The notes below the pieces were generated by a model. It saw only the letters and a program-made list of their open reading frames with translations, was not told the DNA's origin and ran no database searches. The position numbers were made by a program, and so were the translations under genes. DNA of 33,169 nt, from positions 1 to 33,169 of the forward strand of contig JBNRMN010000095.1 of NCBI GenBank assembly GCA_050309605.1, written 5' to 3'. The stretch comes from Anaerohalosphaeraceae bacterium. Lineage in GTDB: Bacteria > Planctomycetota > Phycisphaerae > Sedimentisphaerales > Anaerohalosphaeraceae. Shown here in pieces: positions 1 to 9,224 of this stretch (position 1 is its first letter; every line of letters starts with the position of its first letter).

Positions 1-2
1 AT

Positions 3-70
3 AACGGCAGTCTCCTGTATAAAAGTGCTGTTTCCAACCCTTTTATCGGACAGATTGCCGTTTTTTGTTG
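3..70. terminator. Long imperfect hairpin, probable intrinsic terminator (possibly bidirectional)
   Basis: AACGGCAGTCT (3-13) pairs with AGATTGCCGTT (52-62), with inner arms ATAAAAG/CTTTTAT. A T-rich tract follows on the + strand. It lies just downstream of the minus-strand ORF ending at 115. Confidence 0.45.
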
Positions 71-114
71 AAATAATCACCATTTTCATCCAAAATCCCG
101 ATCAGAAAAGTCAG

Positions 115-1302
115 TCAACTTGAGTAATTATCATATTCAAAATCATCTATCTGAAAACCAAGGCTCCTAATATAGTCCACAAAGAGACCATTTACTATCT
201 TATTGTCTGCATTGGGATTAAGATATGCATACGGTCGTATATTTTGTACATCAACATGTTCGGCAGTAAGGGAACAGTCTTCCAAAAATAAGACGCCCGA
301 CAGTTTCTTAGTCACATCAAACGCTTTATCTTCTCCATTATAGCAACTTAATAACTCCTTTGCTTTAATTCGTTGATATCTATACTGGCAAAAAAATCTT
401 CGAGAAAATGAACGATAAAATATCTCATTACACTTACCGAAGTTTAATAACTTCTCACTAAACCATGGAAAGACTACAAATACGATAAGACTTGGTTTGT
501 TCAAGACAAATTTTATTGTATGCTTACGCTTAAAGAGAAGCGTGTGATGATTTTCAGCATGAAGAAATGGATTATATGTGCTTTCACTTATCAATATTCC
601 AGTATCCCATCTCAGTTGATAGCTTAATTCATCTACCACCTCACTTTCGATATTGAGGCTTCGAGATAACCCATTCAGTGACTTCAGATTCTGAATAAGC
701 TCATTCTTTAGCTTTACACGGTTTTTTTCAAATACTCCGAAATCTATGTCCATTGGATATTGTGGCAATATGTGACAATGAACAGATAATGTATTTTCAA
801 CTTCTAAAATAATATTTTCCAATATATCATTCGTTTTATCTGAAAGTGTCTTGACGTCAAAATATACATCAAAATCATCATAATAAGCGTCCAAGTCAAC
901 ATCATCCTTACTGTTTTTCATTTTTCCTGCAAGTGTCTCAGAGGCATCGATAGTGTTGTAAATTTTTATAGGATTTCTTAGCCAATTGGTTTCTGAATTG
1001 AAAAAATCATAGGCAACAAGCTCTGAATACGCCCCCTTCCAATTATTTTCATAGGCGACTGATTTTATTGTGTCAAGGAGTTTGTTTCCTTGTTCAGACT
1101 TAGCATTATAAATCCTTGACAGTCTTTCCAGTCTCTTCTTAAATATAGAACAGAAGTTCCCATATTCGGAACCGTTTAAGGCTTCTACTATAGGAGTTGA
1201 TTTGGATGTTAAAAACTTTGATTTAAATACACATGTACCCTGCCCCCAAAAACTCTCAACTAATTCTTTATAATTATTCAATTTACTATTGGTCAAACCC
1301 AT
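115..1302 (-). CDS. AT-rich hypothetical protein, possible PD-(D/E)XK nuclease fold
   Basis: A 395-aa open frame in very AT-rich DNA is unlikely by chance. Motifs GAYSELVAYDFF ... DVDLD ... YFDVK resemble the E...D...(D/E)xK arrangement. Function is inferred only. Confidence 0.75.
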   Translation of the reverse strand: MGLTNSKLNNYKELVESFWGQGTCVFKSKFLTSKSTPIVEALNGSEYGNFCSIFKKRLERLSRIYNAKSEQGNKLLDTIKSVAYENNWKGAYSELVAYDFFNSETNWLRNPIKIYNTIDASETLAGKMKNSKDDVDLDAYYDDFDVYFDVKTLSDKTNDILENIILEVENTLSVHCHILPQYPMDIDFGVFEKNRVKLKNELIQNLKSLNGLSRSLNIESEVVDELSYQLRWDTGILISESTYNPFLHAENHHTLLFKRKHTIKFVLNKPSLIVFVVFPWFSEKLLNFGKCNEIFYRSFSRRFFCQYRYQRIKAKELLSCYNGEDKAFDVTKKLSGVLFLEDCSLTAEHVDVQNIRPYAYLNPNADNKIVNGLFVDYIRSLGFQIDDFEYDNYSS

Positions 1303-1436
1303 AACAGTTATCCCAGCATATAGACAGAAAAAGTTCCTAACTACTTGTATTTATTGAACAAGTAATTAGTTATTCAAGTACGCTGATCACTCTATTCAAA
1401 TTAAGTTTAGCAAGCCCACAAAGTTTCAAAATCTTA

Positions 1437-2786
1437 TCATATCTGGCTGACTTGTAATGTTTCGACCGGTTTTTTCAGGCCCGCCTTGAGGCTGGGCGCC
1501 AAACCGCCGATCAGGCAGGCAGCCACCGCGGCCGCGGCGACTGCCGTCAGCAGCGCCGGATCGATTCGATTGGGAATATCGCCGATGGCATAGACCGAAC
1601 GATCCCATAACTGCCAGCCATAACGGTGATGCAGCCAATTTTCTATTGCGTTTACTCGCCAGAGAAAAAGACAGCCCCCCGCCGCACCAATCAACGCCCC
1701 GATCAGACCGGTCAGCACGGCGAAGCCCTCAAAAACGACCACCACGCCCCCGACGGGAACACCGATACTGCGCAGGATGCCGATGTCGCGCCCGCTGTGA
1801 CTGACGATCATATAGAGCACGACGAACACAATAAAAACCGTTATCACACCCAGCATCAAAAACAGCAAGATCAGCATCGCCTGCTCTTTTTCCATCGGTG
1901 CGATTACACTACGGCGATTCTGCTGCCAGCTTTCAACCACCACCTGGTCCAGCAATTCGCCGCCCGGTTCACTGCGGTAGGCCGCGGCGTGCTCCTGCCA
2001 CAAGGTGCGCACGCGCTGGAGACTCCTTGCATGCGACATATCCGGCCTGAATTGAATGGAAATTTCATTGACCCGACGCAAGGGACTGTCCATAGCACAC
2101 AATGTCTGAGCGGTCTCAAGGGGAATATAGACGGCACTGGCGTCCACCTTCACCAGACCGGTATGGCTGTTGTCGCTGTAGTAAAAGGTGCGGCTGCTGA
2201 CCATATCCGTCCCGGCGCGGGCCAGTCCCCCGCGGATATTCAGCGGAAAACTACTGATGACCAATTGATAAGGAAACGGCTCTGCCTCGTGCAGATAATT
2301 GCCGTCCGGTCCGCGACGGACGACCTGGTCGATACCGATGACACATCCTTCCAGCGACAGGTCATACAACGGGACGAAGGCCAGTTCGGGATGATCGCGT
2401 CGGAAATGGAGACTCTGGCCGAAACCGGTCACCTGAGCATGTCGCTTCGGGTCAATTCCGACGATCTCAATCCCCATATTCCAATCGCCGCCCGGCTGGG
2501 ACATCAGGCCGACCTGACGGACCACCGGGGAGACGGCCTGAACAAACGGCTGCCGTTCAAGCTGCTCAATAAACGGCTCATAATAGCCAAAACCCACCAG
2601 CGAATCGCTGCTGATGACGCAATCGCCGACATAGCGATGATTTTTCTCGCGAAACTCCTGCACCAGACCGTTCATCACGGTCATCACAACCACCACGATA
2701 AATACGCACAGCGCCACGGACGCGACCGCCAGAATTGTGATCGGCCGTTTGCGAAAATAACGCCATGCCAAAATCCACTTGTACAA
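1437..2786 (-). CDS. LolC/LolE-family (FtsX-like) ABC transporter permease
   Basis: N-terminal TM helix (AWRYFRKR...VVVMTVMNG), large periplasmic region, C-terminal FtsX-type TMs with RDIGILRSIG and Y.I..IP motifs. TTG start. Confidence 0.9.
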   Translation of the reverse strand: MYKWILAWRYFRKRPITILAVASVALCVFIVVVVMTVMNGLVQEFREKNHRYVGDCVISSDSLVGFGYYEPFIEQLERQPFVQAVSPVVRQVGLMSQPGGDWNMGIEIVGIDPKRHAQVTGFGQSLHFRRDHPELAFVPLYDLSLEGCVIGIDQVVRRGPDGNYLHEAEPFPYQLVISSFPLNIRGGLARAGTDMVSSRTFYYSDNSHTGLVKVDASAVYIPLETAQTLCAMDSPLRRVNEISIQFRPDMSHARSLQRVRTLWQEHAAAYRSEPGGELLDQVVVESWQQNRRSVIAPMEKEQAMLILLFLMLGVITVFIVFVVLYMIVSHSGRDIGILRSIGVPVGGVVVVFEGFAVLTGLIGALIGAAGGCLFLWRVNAIENWLHHRYGWQLWDRSVYAIGDIPNRIDPALLTAVAAAAVAACLIGGLAPSLKAGLKKPVETLQVSQI

Positions 2787-2841
2787 AATCTAAATCCTAA
2801 GCACTAAATCCTAAACAAATTCAAAATGAAGAATCAAAATT
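2786..2841. repeat. Short degenerate tandem repeat (AAATCCT/TAAATC-type units)
   Basis: aaatctaaatcctaagcactaaatcctaaacaaattcaaaat...aatcaaaat fills the AT-rich spacer between the two permease genes. Confidence 0.55.
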
Positions 2842-2845
2842 CTTT

Positions 2846-4195
2846 TTATTCATATCGTAAAATGTCCACCGGTTTGATGCGGGCGGCGGCAATCGCCGGA
2901 ATCAGCGCCCCCAGTGCCGCGGCCAGGACACCCGCCGCGGAAATCCACCACACCGACGACCAATTGACCGTGTTGGGAATCTGCGAAAACATATAGGTAC
3001 TGGCCTGCCAGACCTTCAGGCCGAAAGCCGCACTGACGGCTTGCTCGATGGCATTGATATGATGCGTAAAGACACACCCCAATCCGATGCCCAGTGCCGC
3101 CCCCAGCGCCCCGGCAAACACCCCGAAAAGAACAAAGATCAACGCCACCGACAGACTGCCCAAGCCACAGCTTTTCAGAATGGCAATGTCTTTGCGCCGC
3201 GTCATCACGATCAGATAAAAAATGCACAGCACCAGCAGGATGATTCCCAGGCTGACCAGCCCGAAAATAAACAGCAACACCCGCAATTGTTTGTGATACT
3301 CGGCGATCAACTGCGCCTGCATCTGCCGTGTGGACTGAATCTCGGCCCGCCTGAACCACGCAAACCGGCCTTCTGCAAATTGATTCCACACGCCCTGCAC
3401 CACCGCCATCGCAGCGTCTTCATTGGCCCCCGGAGCAAGACGGATTTGAATCACATCGGCTCCGGCAGGCGCTGCGGGATACAGCAGCCGCGACATCGCG
3501 TCAATCGGCAGATAGACAAACGACTCGTCAAAATCGCTTACACCGGTGGTTACCACATCCGCGATATGAAAACGAATGACCTGACGGCGAAACTGCGGAC
3601 GATCGCCGCCGGCCACGTCAGTTTGTTGAGGCTGAGCCGTCCCTGTCGTCAACACCGCCGGTTTGCCTAAAAACTCGCGAACCTGCTCCATATCGTAGCG
3701 ATCGGTCTTTTCATCCGGACGGGCCAGCACGCCGATGCCGACCAGTCCGCCGATTTGACCGTCCGGCGGATCGCCGAATCCGATCTGGCCCTGCGGCCTG
3801 TCGTGCTGCACCAGCAGCGCCTCAGTCAGCGGACTGACCGCCAACCGTCGGGGCAACTCAATCCCCCACACCTTGACCGGACGCACCCGGCCGGGCGCGC
3901 TGAGCAGCAGGCCTTGCCCGCTCAAAACGGCGGTGGCCGCCTGCACCGCCTGCGTTGCTTCAATCTGTTCAATCAGCGCGTCATAATCAGTAATCCGCAC
4001 GCCTGTCGGCGCCTGAATCAGCACATCCCCCAAATGACGTCCAACGCTGTTTTCAACCGCGTCAATGAAACCGGTAAACAAACTGTCGGTTACAATCAAC
4101 AATGCACAGCTCAGTGCCACGGCCGCAACGCTGAGCAGCACCATCAACCGTCGCTGGAGATATTTCAGACATAATATCCATCCGATGTGCTTCAT
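2846..4195 (-). CDS. LolC/LolE-family ABC transporter permease (second paralog)
   Basis: Same architecture: LCLKYLQRR N-terminal TM, RRKDIAILKSCG, YMFSQIP and PVDILRYE C-terminus. Directly downstream of lysS. Confidence 0.9.
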   Translation of the reverse strand: MKHIGWILCLKYLQRRLMVLLSVAAVALSCALLIVTDSLFTGFIDAVENSVGRHLGDVLIQAPTGVRITDYDALIEQIEATQAVQAATAVLSGQGLLLSAPGRVRPVKVWGIELPRRLAVSPLTEALLVQHDRPQGQIGFGDPPDGQIGGLVGIGVLARPDEKTDRYDMEQVREFLGKPAVLTTGTAQPQQTDVAGGDRPQFRRQVIRFHIADVVTTGVSDFDESFVYLPIDAMSRLLYPAAPAGADVIQIRLAPGANEDAAMAVVQGVWNQFAEGRFAWFRRAEIQSTRQMQAQLIAEYHKQLRVLLFIFGLVSLGIILLVLCIFYLIVMTRRKDIAILKSCGLGSLSVALIFVLFGVFAGALGAALGIGLGCVFTHHINAIEQAVSAAFGLKVWQASTYMFSQIPNTVNWSSVWWISAAGVLAAALGALIPAIAAARIKPVDILRYE

Positions 4196-4225
4196 TTCAC
4201 GCTCTTTGGGCGGATACGGCCCGCC

Positions 4226-5704
4226 TTACAGGATTTCCTTTTCCGGCTTTCCAGACGGCGGTCTGAGCAGCGGGAACAAAATCACATCACGAATACTCGG
4301 CGCGTTGGTCAGCAGCATCATCAACCGATCAATGCCGACGCCCAGCCCCCCCGCCGGAGGCATCCCGTATTTCAGAGCCATGAGAAAATCGTCATCCATT
4401 TTGGCCATCGATTCCTCGTCCGGCAGCCCGCGAAGCTGCCGCCGGAAGTTGGCCTCCTGCACATCCGGATCATTCAGTTCGGTATAGGCGTTGGCCAGTT
4501 CCATCGTCCCGACAAACAGCTCAAACCGCTCGGCAAAGCGAGGGTCTGTTTTGCTTCGGCGCGTCAAAGGACAGATCGCCGCCGGATAATCCACCACAAA
4601 CGTCGGATTGATCAAGTGCTCTTCAACCACGGCCTCGAACACCTCGTTGACGACCACGGCGTCATCTTTGTTGGATTCATCAAGGCCCAACTGTCGCGCC
4701 CGGCTGCGGACCGAACCCATCTGTTCCATATCACAGTCGGCGTATTGTTTGAGCAAATCCGCATACCGCGCCCGCCGCCACGGACGGGTATAGTCAATCG
4801 TCATTGAACCGAACGGCAGGGTCAATGACCCGCAGTGCCGTTCAATCAGATGTCCGATCATCTCCTCGGTCAAATCCATCATCACATTGTAATCGGCATA
4901 GGCCTGATACAGTTCCATCATCGTAAATTCAGGGTTATGCCGCGTACTGAGACCTTCATTACGGAAATTGCGGTTGATCTCAAAGACCTTTTCCATTCCG
5001 CCGACCAGCAGCCGCTTGAGAAACAATTCCGGTGCAATTCGCAAATACAGGTCAATATCCAGCGTATTGTGATGGGTCATAAACGGCCGCGCCGCCGCCC
5101 CGCCGGCCAGGGTCTGCATCATCGGCGTTTCGACTTCAAGAAATCCCTTCTCGTCCAGAAACCGGCGAATCGACGCGGTCATCGCGCTGCGCCGCTTGAA
5201 TCGCTCCATCACCTCCGGATTGGCCCACAAATCCACATACCGCATTCGGTAACGCATATCCACGTCCGCCAGGCCGTGAAATTTCTCCGGCGGCGGCAGC
5301 AGCGCCTTGCTCAGCAGCGTCAGCGACTCGACCCAAATGGTGATTTCGCCGGTTTTGGTTCGTCCCAGCGACCCCTCTGCACCGACCACATCCCCCAGAT
5401 CCAGCAGTTTCATCTCATCCCAGCGGTCGGCCAGCAGCTTCTTGCTCAGCCCCAGTTGAATCGTACCGCTCGAATCCCGCAGCGTGATAAAAATCAGTTT
5501 GCCGATGTCGCGCAGCAGCACAATCCGCCCCGCGCATCGAGCGCGTTGATCCTCGCGGTCGTCGGCGTAACCGGCCTTGACGGCCGCGGTCGGTTCGACG
5601 CCGTCAAAACGATCGCCGTAAGGATCCACTTCCAGCGCTCGCAGCTTGTCCAGTGTTTCTCTGCGTTGTTGTTCAAACTTGTTTCGCGATGTCTGTTCGG
5701 TCAA
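4226..5704 (-). CDS. lysS: Lysine--tRNA ligase, class II
   Basis: OB-fold region (GKLIFITLRD, GRTKTGE), LYLRIAPELFLKRL, FRNEG..HNPEFTM, GLGVGIDRL and IRDVILFP. TTG start preceded by AAAGGA. Confidence 0.98.
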   Translation of the reverse strand: MTEQTSRNKFEQQRRETLDKLRALEVDPYGDRFDGVEPTAAVKAGYADDREDQRARCAGRIVLLRDIGKLIFITLRDSSGTIQLGLSKKLLADRWDEMKLLDLGDVVGAEGSLGRTKTGEITIWVESLTLLSKALLPPPEKFHGLADVDMRYRMRYVDLWANPEVMERFKRRSAMTASIRRFLDEKGFLEVETPMMQTLAGGAAARPFMTHHNTLDIDLYLRIAPELFLKRLLVGGMEKVFEINRNFRNEGLSTRHNPEFTMMELYQAYADYNVMMDLTEEMIGHLIERHCGSLTLPFGSMTIDYTRPWRRARYADLLKQYADCDMEQMGSVRSRARQLGLDESNKDDAVVVNEVFEAVVEEHLINPTFVVDYPAAICPLTRRSKTDPRFAERFELFVGTMELANAYTELNDPDVQEANFRRQLRGLPDEESMAKMDDDFLMALKYGMPPAGGLGVGIDRLMMLLTNAPSIRDVILFPLLRPPSGKPEKEIL

Positions 5705-5758
5705 TCCGATGTATCCTTTCGTATCCTCAGAAGCCGGTCTGTCTCGTGCAAAATCGCC

Positions 5759-8071
5759 TCAGAAGTCGGAATTCAAAGGCAGCACCATCTCATTGTCTTG
5801 CGTTTCGCCGTCGTCTGAGCCGCGCTGAACGGCGATGGGTTTAAACTCCTGCGGCGGTTTCACGGCCACCTCTTTGCCTTGAGCGAGAAGCTGCGCCTGT
5901 GCCACCATCAGCGCCGTGGCCAGTTGCGGGTCGGACTGCAGCGTCACCTCCAGTGAATGCCGCACGGGGATGTCGCCGTCCTCGTCGTGATCAGCACGGA
6001 ACAGCACGTCGTTATCCCGCTGCAAATCCAGCATCGTGCGCAGTTCATTGCTGTACATCTTGACTTCAATATCCGGAGCAATCCCCCAATCGTCCCGTCC
6101 GAGCCGTTCCATCTGGTAGCGATTTTTCACCTGCTGATCGCTGGGTAAATGGTAATAGGCCACAGTGTATTTCAGTTGGGAGCCGCCGCCGGTAACGGGC
6201 GTGACGACCTGGACGCTGCCTTTACCATAAGTGCGTTCGCCGACCAGGATCGCTCGCCGATGCTGGGCATCCTGCAGCGCACCGGCAACAATTTCCGACG
6301 CGCTGGCGCTGGCGCCGTTGATCAAAATCACCAGCGGATAATCGGGATGCGTCCCGCTGCGTCGGGCGATCTCATACGTCGCCAGCCCGTGACGGGGGTT
6401 GCTTTTGACAATGACCCCTTCACGCACGAACAAATCCACCACCTCGGCGGCACTGCTCAAATAACCGCCGCTGTTAAATCGCAAATCAAGAAGCAGCCCA
6501 TTGAGACCTTGTTTTTCAAGCTCCAGCAAGGTTTTGTTCAAATCCGAGGCGCTGGTTTCGGTAAACGCCGTCAATCGCACATAACCGACCCGATTGACCG
6601 GGTCGATCATATAATCCCAATCGCCTTTTTCCGTACGTCGCCATCCACGCAGCGGCTGAACGACGATTCTATCGCGCACAATCGTTACATCCCACGTCTG
6701 GCCGGTCACAGGGCGACGAATCGTCAGCGTAACCTTTGTTCCTTTGGGGCCGGTAATCTTGCTGACCGCACAGAAAATCGTCATCTCGGCGGTGGATTCG
6801 CCGTTGACCGCCAGAATCTCGTCATCGGCGTCCAGCCCCGATTTATAGGCCGGAGTATCGGGCAGCAGACTGAGGATCTTGAGCACGCCTCCGCGTTTGG
6901 AGATTTCCACTCCGATGCCCGTAAACTGCTGGGTCATGCTTTTTTCAAAGTCCTGAACGTTCCACGGCCAGACCAGTGTTGTGAACGGATCCAGCGCCGC
7001 CAGCGCCGCTTCGGAAAAATGCGCCACGACGACTTCCTGCGAAATCTTGAGGGTCACCGCGTTCAATGCGAGAACTTCATCGAAAATGCGTATAAAATGC
7101 TCCGCCTGGATCGCTTTGCCCTCGCCTGAAGCGACTTCCTCTCGGATGGCGTCTACGCCGGCCTGCCAGCTTTCAATATCCTGCGGCTCGGCGGTCCAGG
7201 CCAGGTCTTCGCTGTTGTTCAGCAGGACTTCGCCGAGCAGTTCACAGCGGCCAAGGGCCTTTTCGGTCATCGCCTTATAATTGATGCCGTTGACATAATT
7301 GGTCTCCAGCGCATTGAGCGCGCGAAGCAGCATTTCCGGGCGAATGCCTTCGTGTCGTTCGGCCGCACTTTCACCGCAGCCGCTGTCCCTGAGCGACAAA
7401 TCAATCGACGCCAGTTCCGTCATGCGCTCGGCGGTTTCCTTGTATTCCGGATTGTCCTCAAAGAGATTGGCCAGCCAGTAATAGCCGTGCGCGTAGGCGT
7501 CCATCCATTGGCCGGCCTGCTCATGCTCGACGGCGCGCGACTTGACCGACTCGACCATACGCCGAACAAAAGGATCTGCCAGCAGCTCGTCTTTTTGTTC
7601 TTCATCGACGGCGTATTCGCGCGCCAGCAGGATCGCCACCATCGACTTATCGACGGTATTGACATCCGGTATCTGCTGATCGGCAACCTCGGCCTCTAAT
7701 GCGCGAAGTTCCTGAATCTGTTCATCCCAGGCCTTTTGCCGCTCTGTCAATCGATAGGCTTCCAGACGATCACGCCATTCAAGCAGAAGCCGGAGCTGTT
7801 CGGCGTTCTGGCCGCCGGCCTCGGCTTCTTCCAGAACGGCCTTTGCGCCGTCAAAGTCGCCGCTTTGTATCCGCTCTACGGCCGCCAGAACGGTCGCATC
7901 CATCTCAGTCTGCGCCGCGGTCTGTTCATGGCCGCCGGACGAAGAGCCGCCGTAACCGTCAAAGCCTTCATCCGGCTTGCAGCCGACAAAAAGCATCAGC
8001 GGCATCAGCATGAGCAACAGGGCGATACGGCCCATCACAGGATTGTGCCTGTCAATTTTCAAAACAATCAC
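5759..8071 (-). CDS. S41 family carboxyl-terminal processing protease (CtpA/Prc-like) with PDZ domain, probable lipoprotein
   Basis: LDPFT, FTGIGVEI (PDZ), LDLRFNSGG, SASASEIVAGALQD, GERTYGKGSVQ; lipobox-like FVGC. Start uncertain (GTG 8071, TTG 8062 with GGAG upstream, or ATG 8035). Confidence 0.93.
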   Translation of the reverse strand: MIVLKIDRHNPVMGRIALLLMLMPLMLFVGCKPDEGFDGYGGSSSGGHEQTAAQTEMDATVLAAVERIQSGDFDGAKAVLEEAEAGGQNAEQLRLLLEWRDRLEAYRLTERQKAWDEQIQELRALEAEVADQQIPDVNTVDKSMVAILLAREYAVDEEQKDELLADPFVRRMVESVKSRAVEHEQAGQWMDAYAHGYYWLANLFEDNPEYKETAERMTELASIDLSLRDSGCGESAAERHEGIRPEMLLRALNALETNYVNGINYKAMTEKALGRCELLGEVLLNNSEDLAWTAEPQDIESWQAGVDAIREEVASGEGKAIQAEHFIRIFDEVLALNAVTLKISQEVVVAHFSEAALAALDPFTTLVWPWNVQDFEKSMTQQFTGIGVEISKRGGVLKILSLLPDTPAYKSGLDADDEILAVNGESTAEMTIFCAVSKITGPKGTKVTLTIRRPVTGQTWDVTIVRDRIVVQPLRGWRRTEKGDWDYMIDPVNRVGYVRLTAFTETSASDLNKTLLELEKQGLNGLLLDLRFNSGGYLSSAAEVVDLFVREGVIVKSNPRHGLATYEIARRSGTHPDYPLVILINGASASASEIVAGALQDAQHRRAILVGERTYGKGSVQVVTPVTGGGSQLKYTVAYYHLPSDQQVKNRYQMERLGRDDWGIAPDIEVKMYSNELRTMLDLQRDNDVLFRADHDEDGDIPVRHSLEVTLQSDPQLATALMVAQAQLLAQGKEVAVKPPQEFKPIAVQRGSDDGETQDNEMVLPLNSDF

Positions 8072-8087
8072 TCCGATCTGAATTCAG

Positions 8088-8121
8088 AAAAGGACAGGAC
8101 GGCCCTTCGGGCCGCCCCGCC
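8088..8121 (-). terminator. Intrinsic terminator after fba
   Basis: Minus strand GGCGGGGCGGCCC-GAA-GGGCCGTCCTGTC followed by CTTTT. Confidence 0.7.
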
Positions 8122-8176
8122 GATAGGATCAATACCGTCACAGCGGCGTGTTTGTTCTTCAAGCCGCTCGAATCAC

Positions 8177-9121
8177 TCAGAGACACTCGGCGGCCTTTCC
8201 GGCGCAGCCGAGCACATGCAGTTTGCGCTTGACCATTTCGGTAATCGCCTCACGACCGGGGCCGAGATATTTGCGCGGATCAAACTCAGCCGGCTTGGTC
8301 CAGAATACCTCGCGAATCTTGGCCGTCAGCGCCATCCGCAAATCGGTGTCGATGTTGACCTTGCACAGCGCCATCTTGGCCGCTTTGCTGATGGCCTCTT
8401 CGGGCACACCCATCGCATCGGGCATCTGGCCGCCGTATTTGTTGATCAAATCTTTGAATTCCTTCGGCACGCTGCTGGAACCATGCATCACCAGCGGAAA
8501 ACCGGGCAGTTTTTCCTGGATCTTCTCAACGACATCGAAGGCCAGTTTCGGCTCGGTCTTGAACTTATACGCTCCGTGGCTGGTGCCGATGGCCACTGCC
8601 AGCGAATCGACTCCCGTCTTATCGACAAACTCGACCACCTGATCGGGATTGGTCAGATGAGCCATCACATCATCGACGCCCTTGACGTGCTCTTCAATGC
8701 CGCCGAGCTGTCCCAGTTCGGCCTCAACCACCACGCCGTGCGCGTGCGCATAGTCCACGACCTGCTTGGTCAGCTTGATGTTTTCCTCGAACGGCGCGTG
8801 CGATGCGTCAATCATCACAGACGTAAAGCCGTCATCGACACACTGCTTGCACAGTTCAAACGTATCGCCGTGATCCAGGTGCATCGCAATGGGGATGTTG
8901 GGGTTTTCTTTGACCGCCACATCGATAATCGCGCGCAGATAGCTCATTTTGGCGTATTGGCGGGCGCCTTTGCTGATCTGAAGAATCAGCGGCGCTTGTT
9001 CCTGGACAATGGCGTCCACAATTCCCTGGGTGATTTCCATGTTGTTGACGTTGAACGCACCGACGGCATAGCCGTTCTTGTACGCCATTTCGAACATCTT
9101 CTTCGTTGTTACCAGAGCCAT
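8177..9121 (-). CDS. fba: Fructose-1,6-bisphosphate aldolase, class II
   Basis: YAVGAFNVNN, HLDHG, SVMIDAS, VEAELG, AIGTSHGAYK, LVMHGSS, KVNIDTD, DPRKYL; GGAG RBS. Confidence 0.97.
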   Translation of the reverse strand: MALVTTKKMFEMAYKNGYAVGAFNVNNMEITQGIVDAIVQEQAPLILQISKGARQYAKMSYLRAIIDVAVKENPNIPIAMHLDHGDTFELCKQCVDDGFTSVMIDASHAPFEENIKLTKQVVDYAHAHGVVVEAELGQLGGIEEHVKGVDDVMAHLTNPDQVVEFVDKTGVDSLAVAIGTSHGAYKFKTEPKLAFDVVEKIQEKLPGFPLVMHGSSSVPKEFKDLINKYGGQMPDAMGVPEEAISKAAKMALCKVNIDTDLRMALTAKIREVFWTKPAEFDPRKYLGPGREAITEMVKRKLHVLGCAGKAAECL

Positions 9122-9224
9122 ACATTCTCCTAACGTTTAAGAAACATTAATACGTTACGTCATTATACATTCGCAACTTATGCGGCAGCGCCGAAAACCG
9201 TCTGCAATGAGTTCTGAATCCTGT

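Noticed and set aside
1..114. Confident integron attC site / gene cassette call
   Set aside because: There is no proper RYYYAAC box, the stem lacks the typical unpaired R-L spacer, and the site is cut by the window edge. Kept only as a low-interest hairpin.
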